Shown here piece by piece: positions 63,501 through 64,000 of a DNA stretch of 64,000 nt. Every line of letters begins with the position of its first letter. The first letter of the stretch is position 1. The position numbers and the translations under genes are program-made. Source of the DNA: Flavobacteriales bacterium (GTDB lineage Bacteria > Bacteroidota > Bacteroidia > Flavobacteriales_F > PHOS-HE28); NCBI GenBank assembly GCA_041749915.1, contig JBGTAJ010000322.1, positions 7,165-71,164 on the forward strand, written 5' to 3'. The notes below the pieces were generated by a model. That model was not told the origin of the DNA. It saw only the letters and a list, made by a program, of their open reading frames with translations, and ran no database searches.

Positions 63501-64000
63501 CCCATGGACAACCAGTTCGATGGCTGGGATGGGACCAATGACAAGTGGGACTTCCTGGTCACGACCACCTACACACCCATTTCGTATTGGCACCGCAACA
63601 GCGGGGTTGATCCGTTCGTGCCGCAGGTGAGTAGCGACCCGGTGATCGCCGCCCAGAACTTCTTGATGAACCCTCAGCAGGTGATCGTCACGCCGACGAA
63701 TACCTGTAACAAACGCATCCAGCGCTTACCCGGCCTGTCGGATGGTTTGTCCCCAGGAGAGGTCAAGGAGTTCATTGAAACGGAGAAGATCGCCTATGGC
63801 ACTACGCGCTACCTGTATGATCAACTGATCGATGGGGGAAGTACGGACGAAGTGGTACAGGAAATTACGGATGCCTGGCCTCAGGATGCCTGGGACCTGC
63901 GTGCTTACCTCATGAGCAAGAGCCCATACCTGAGCACTTCGGTGCTGAAGGACCTGAACGCACAGAACAAGCTCCCTCAAGCCATGTACGTGGAGGTATG
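60558..64000 (+). CDS. Giant secreted Cys-rich protein with parallel beta-helix-like repeats. N-terminal 1147 aa or more; the gene runs off the right window edge.
   Basis: Absent from the ORF track because there is no stop in the window. My own translation from the ATG at 60558 is MNTWKQIRSVAWAASIVVWGGAGISDASGQ..., which stays open for 3443 nt to the window end. It has repeated N-C/x-x-N-x-x-I-G type segments (VELTNCSVSNAYIGIL, VIANGCTFRNCITAV, LNRCRFNGSTFVV). All opposite-strand track ORFs here are short and low-complexity. Confidence 0.8.
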   Translation, partial: MNTWKQIRSVAWAASIVVWGGAGISDASGQADALVLTNATGTNAAWLDLPTDIPGQNDATRTLPSPGGPNGYAGNPATRAQHIRTNGDGSIIFFVVDGVVYDGDGYRIADAAGSNCTQCMEAGVMEFLSVPVPGTCGLYYLFAATAKNTSTEGHVNVSLLDMSADREAPLPGQPACSVRKGLLLSLDDTDLTDLYPQFDPWFTEAFFSGPSYVKRLNIDASGKSSSPIIRVVAGATQNDPSFLFVVMTTTIHPYKIMGSGVFPVNAILPSQTFPLGLSYYPLSYSLNSPLTQKEYYRDADARRLTNGQIRVAITGGQGFAEWPEDGVDNFITLEFDGTSGAVVPGSIDGYEIFPTPLGVNCNTAVGSPGVLAGCAIAADGNRVYLTSEVYSTCSNWIPTFGYVDLSSGQFVDMSADVVLTNEYVRSRIYRNIVGGTGEEILYIPGNTGVGVVTGLATSTPAFVPDAFDDDRAPVLVSSITQSYYRPRFLNPSVSGDQHLSAASKEQCCGYFETVPGAAVEGYTQAAGTTSTWNGTQNGVQAGTSTVVFTCDVIVEQGARLVVNNMNLKFAANARVIVQEGGYLQMNNATLDGIDCPGDRWPGISVLGNPGQSQQGQAPWGVPLGQGMVELTNCSVSNAYIGILTGTGTVGFNGYLYNISSSQGGAVVIANGCTFRNCITAVDMRKYPDFVPQGQPLPLNRCRFNGSTFVVDQPFNSAPFNFKRHVRLDRVSGILFRKCHFQNLVNDAEYATLGSAALGYGIESYESQFQVLPSCSILLNVGEECPAGNIVPSTFTGLDHGIHAIGGPNALRNFTVDGARFTDNICGVYTSGVIGFVAKRSIFEIGGRGVPQTNPLESPFWADFHRGLYSYNGYGFTVQDNTLSRSVNAGNDIRTEGVVIGYSKDHNDVVFRNTGANLLRGFVGEGVCASLAPSYTPVIGLQLKCNINQNNEWNLVSRKANDEDDDLQDLHTIRANQGESNLPMDNQFDGWDGTNDKWDFLVTTTYTPISYWHRNSGVDPFVPQVSSDPVIAAQNFLMNPQQVIVTPTNTCNKRIQRLPGLSDGLSPGEVKEFIETEKIAYGTTRYLYDQLIDGGSTDEVVQEITDAWPQDAWDLRAYLMSKSPYLSTSVLKDLNAQNKLPQAMYVEV

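Noticed and set aside
1-64000. CRISPR arrays, tRNA/rRNA/tmRNA genes, transposases, integrases and canonical defence systems (restriction-modification, CBASS, Thoeris, toxin-antitoxin with known families).
   Set aside because: I scanned spacers and ORF translations on both strands. I found no repeat-spacer periodicity of 25-40 bp, no T-loop/acceptor-like tRNA structure, and no DDE, tyrosine or serine recombinase motifs. I also found no nuclease or methylase signatures. The only periodic repeats are the short ones reported above.

Overview
This 64 kb window looks like a high-GC Bacteroidota chromosome. The evidence is T9SS C-terminal sorting domains, TAnnTTTG-type promoter boxes, and PorU/PorV-like, DUF5686 and LptB genes. 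It is densely coding: I call 52 CDS and found no rRNA, tRNA, CRISPR array or transposase. The ORF track omits two genes that run off the window edges: a SoxB-like gene at 1-991 (-) and a protein of more than 1147 aa at 60558-64000 (+). Many long track ORFs are antisense artefacts of high GC. Main blocks, in order: (1) 1-6.5 kb, a minus-strand sulfur operon (ArsR/BigR-like regulator, TauE, persulfide-dioxygenase/rhodanese fusion, two YeeE, a TsdA-like dihaem cytochrome, a SoxB-like gene), interrupted by a four-helix-bundle (23S-IVS/Avd family) gene bracketed by inverted arrays of 8-bp GATC repeats. (2) Housekeeping genes (rnd, manC, SprT-like, MlaEF-like). (3) 11.3-19 kb, four tandem paralogous T9SS cargo genes. 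(4) gcvP, then kynurenine-pathway genes (kynU, kmo). (5) A TolB/Omp85-like giant protein, an M20 hydrolase, a small accessory islet, and recQ. (6) tatC-DUF5686-lptB, purS, pssA. (7) A PorV-like gene, a 1716-aa PorU-like C25 peptidase, and lnt. (8) pabB, tilS, dsbD, an ORF6N gene, gmhA, comM, and a TonB-like gene. (9) An XRE regulator whose 3' end carries a G16 tract, divergent across a phased-repeat promoter from a giant Cys-rich secreted protein. I recognise no canonical defence system or mobile element. The most unusual signals are the repeat-bracketed four-helix-bundle cassette, the PorV2/PorU2-like module, and the XRE/G16/iteron/giant-protein locus.
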